Source: Pirellulales bacterium
GTDB taxonomy: Bacteria; Planctomycetota; Planctomycetia; Pirellulales; JAICIG01
Reading direction: 5' to 3'
Length of the DNA: 52,586 nucleotides
NCBI GenBank assembly: GCA_040901675.1
Contig: JBBDYJ010000004.1
Span: 1 to 52,586, forward strand
In this document: one piece after another, positions 51,212 through 52,586 of the stretch
How the letters are laid out: the number at the start of each line of letters is the position of its first letter
Numbering within the stretch: the first letter of the stretch is position 1
The notes under the pieces: model-generated
What the model was told of the DNA's origin: nothing
The model's database searches: none
Seen by the model: the letters and a program-made list of their open reading frames with translations, nothing else
Translations under genes and position numbers: made by a program

Positions 51212-52586
51212 CCGATCATCGTCAGCCCGCCCTTGACCTGCAAAATCGCGTCTCCGCTCACGTTGGTCATCAGGCCCTTGACTTCGGTTTGAATCTGTCC
51301 TTCCACCTTGACCATCATGCCTTTGATCGTCACGCCCGTCTGGTCCACTTTGATGCTGCTCTGCCCCACCTTGAGCTCGATCGACTGCATGGCCTCGGTT
51401 TCGCTCTTGCCCAGATCGAGCTTGGTGGTCTGGTTGCCCATGCTGATCAAGAGCGAATCGTTGCCCATCTCGATCTTTACTTCGCGATCGCCCTTCTCGA
51501 TCGTGAGCTTGTCGTTGCCTTCCTCGATTGTTTCGGTGCGATCGTTGTGGATCGTGATGGTCTGGTCGTGTCCCACCTTCAGGTCGTCGTCGTTCTCGAC
51601 CACGCGGTGAAAATCCTTCTGGGCGTGGAAGTAGATGTCTTCGGAGCCCTTCTTGTCCTCGAACCGCAGCTCGTTGAAATCGTCAGGCCCTCCCTCGAGG
51701 CTGCTGCGGCTCTTCATGCCGCTCTGTGTCTTGTTGTCCGGGAGACTGTAGGGGGGCATCTGCTCGGCGTTGTACACGCTCCCCACGATGATCGGCTGGT
51801 CCGGGTCCCCCTCCTCGAAGGCCACCACGACTTCCTGCCCGATCCGCGGAATGTGGATTGCTCCCCACTGCTTGCCGGCCCACGGCGTCGCAACCCGCAC
51901 CCAGCAACTGCTGTTCCCGTCGTTCGTGCCTTGGCGGTCCCAACGGAACTGCACTTTCACCCGCCCGTACTTGTCGGTGAAGATTTCTTCACCTGATGGT
52001 CCTACTACCACCGCCGTTTGGGTTCCGTGGATGGTCGGCTTAGGCGTCGTGATCAGCGGCCGGTACGGAATCCCCGCCGGAATGCAGACGAAGCTGTTCA
52101 TGTATTGGCATGTTCCGCTCTCGCCGGAGCGATAGTCGCCCGACAGGTTCGCCGAGTGCTCCACGCCCGTCAGAACGTACTCGCCGTCGGCATTGAAGTG
52201 CCGCTCGAGCGTGAACTTGTGCCCGCTGACGAACTGCGGGCAGGCCCCCGAGCCCCGCACCACCAGGCTCGGCACCGCCTCCTGCTGCATGCGGATGCCG
52301 ACCGTCCGCGCGTTGTCCTCGAAGATCTTCTCCACCTCGCTCGGCTGCTCCCCCCCGCCCCGATCCACGCCGTCGAACCGCTGCGCATACTCGCCCGGGT
52401 AGTCGTAGATCTCCAGTTGGTCGTTGCCACCCACCTTCAACTTATGGCTCACCTGGCCCACCGAAACCGAGTCCTGGATCGTGTTCTCGGCCTCCAGATG
52501 CTGGTCGGGTAATTCGAACGAGTGGTCCCAGAGCGTGTACTTGCCGCTGCGCAGCTCCTGCACCTTCTCCCAGTGGAACACCCGCC
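51208..52586 (-). CDS. vgrG: Type VI secretion tip protein VgrG/TssI (5' end outside window)
   Basis: E.YDYPG, G.QTA.VVGP.GEEI.TDKYGRVKVQF.WDR, SCWVRV, IPRIGQEV.V.F.EGDPD.P, NELRFED..G.E.I..HAQKD. Confidence 0.97.
   Translation of the reverse strand, partial: RVFHWEKVQELRSGKYTLWDHSFELPDQHLEAENTIQDSVSVGQVSHKLKVGGNDQLEIYDYPGEYAQRFDGVDRGGGEQPSEVEKIFEDNARTVGIRMQQEAVPSLVVRGSGACPQFVSGHKFTLERHFNADGEYVLTGVEHSANLSGDYRSGESGTCQYMNSFVCIPAGIPYRPLITTPKPTIHGTQTAVVVGPSGEEIFTDKYGRVKVQFRWDRQGTNDGNSSCWVRVATPWAGKQWGAIHIPRIGQEVVVAFEEGDPDQPIIVGSVYNAEQMPPYSLPDNKTQSGMKSRSSLEGGPDDFNELRFEDKKGSEDIYFHAQKDFHRVVENDDDLKVGHDQTITIHNDRTETIEEGNDKLTIEKGDREVKIEMGNDSLLISMGNQTTKLDLGKSETEAMQSIELKVGQSSIKVDQTGVTIKGMMVKVEGQIQTEVKGLMTNVSGDAILQVKGGLTMIG

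Overview
GC-rich Planctomycetes-type chromosomal window (about 47 genes), identified by phylum-typical families: PSD1/DUF1549-DUF1553 cytochrome c, DUF1501, two DUF1559 and TIGR03000. Housekeeping genes include ruvC/ruvA/ruvB, cysS, ispF, coaD, mcsA/mcsB, trpE, asd, truA, accA, dtd, pcm and mpg. The window ends in a type VI secretion spike cluster (vgrG partial, DUF6931-like, PAAR). No rRNA, tRNA, transposase or CRISPR-cas was seen. The most unusual signal is a dense set of short palindromic repeat families in the intergenic spaces. Among them is a 24-bp unit (GACTCGACTGAGCTCGCCGAAGTC) that sits at C|CG sites inside other hairpin repeats and inside itself, with filled and empty versions of the same host repeat both present in the window. 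Other notable items: repeats embedded in frame in coding sequences; a rodA/ftsW-like 5' fragment cut off at a repeat triplet; an ispF whose only plausible start codon is ACG; a 7-kb accessory block splitting ruvA from ruvB that carries two orphan toxin-like protease genes; and a TIGR03000 + SdpA/SdpB-like (HTTM) trio. All family assignments come from motif recognition, not database searches.
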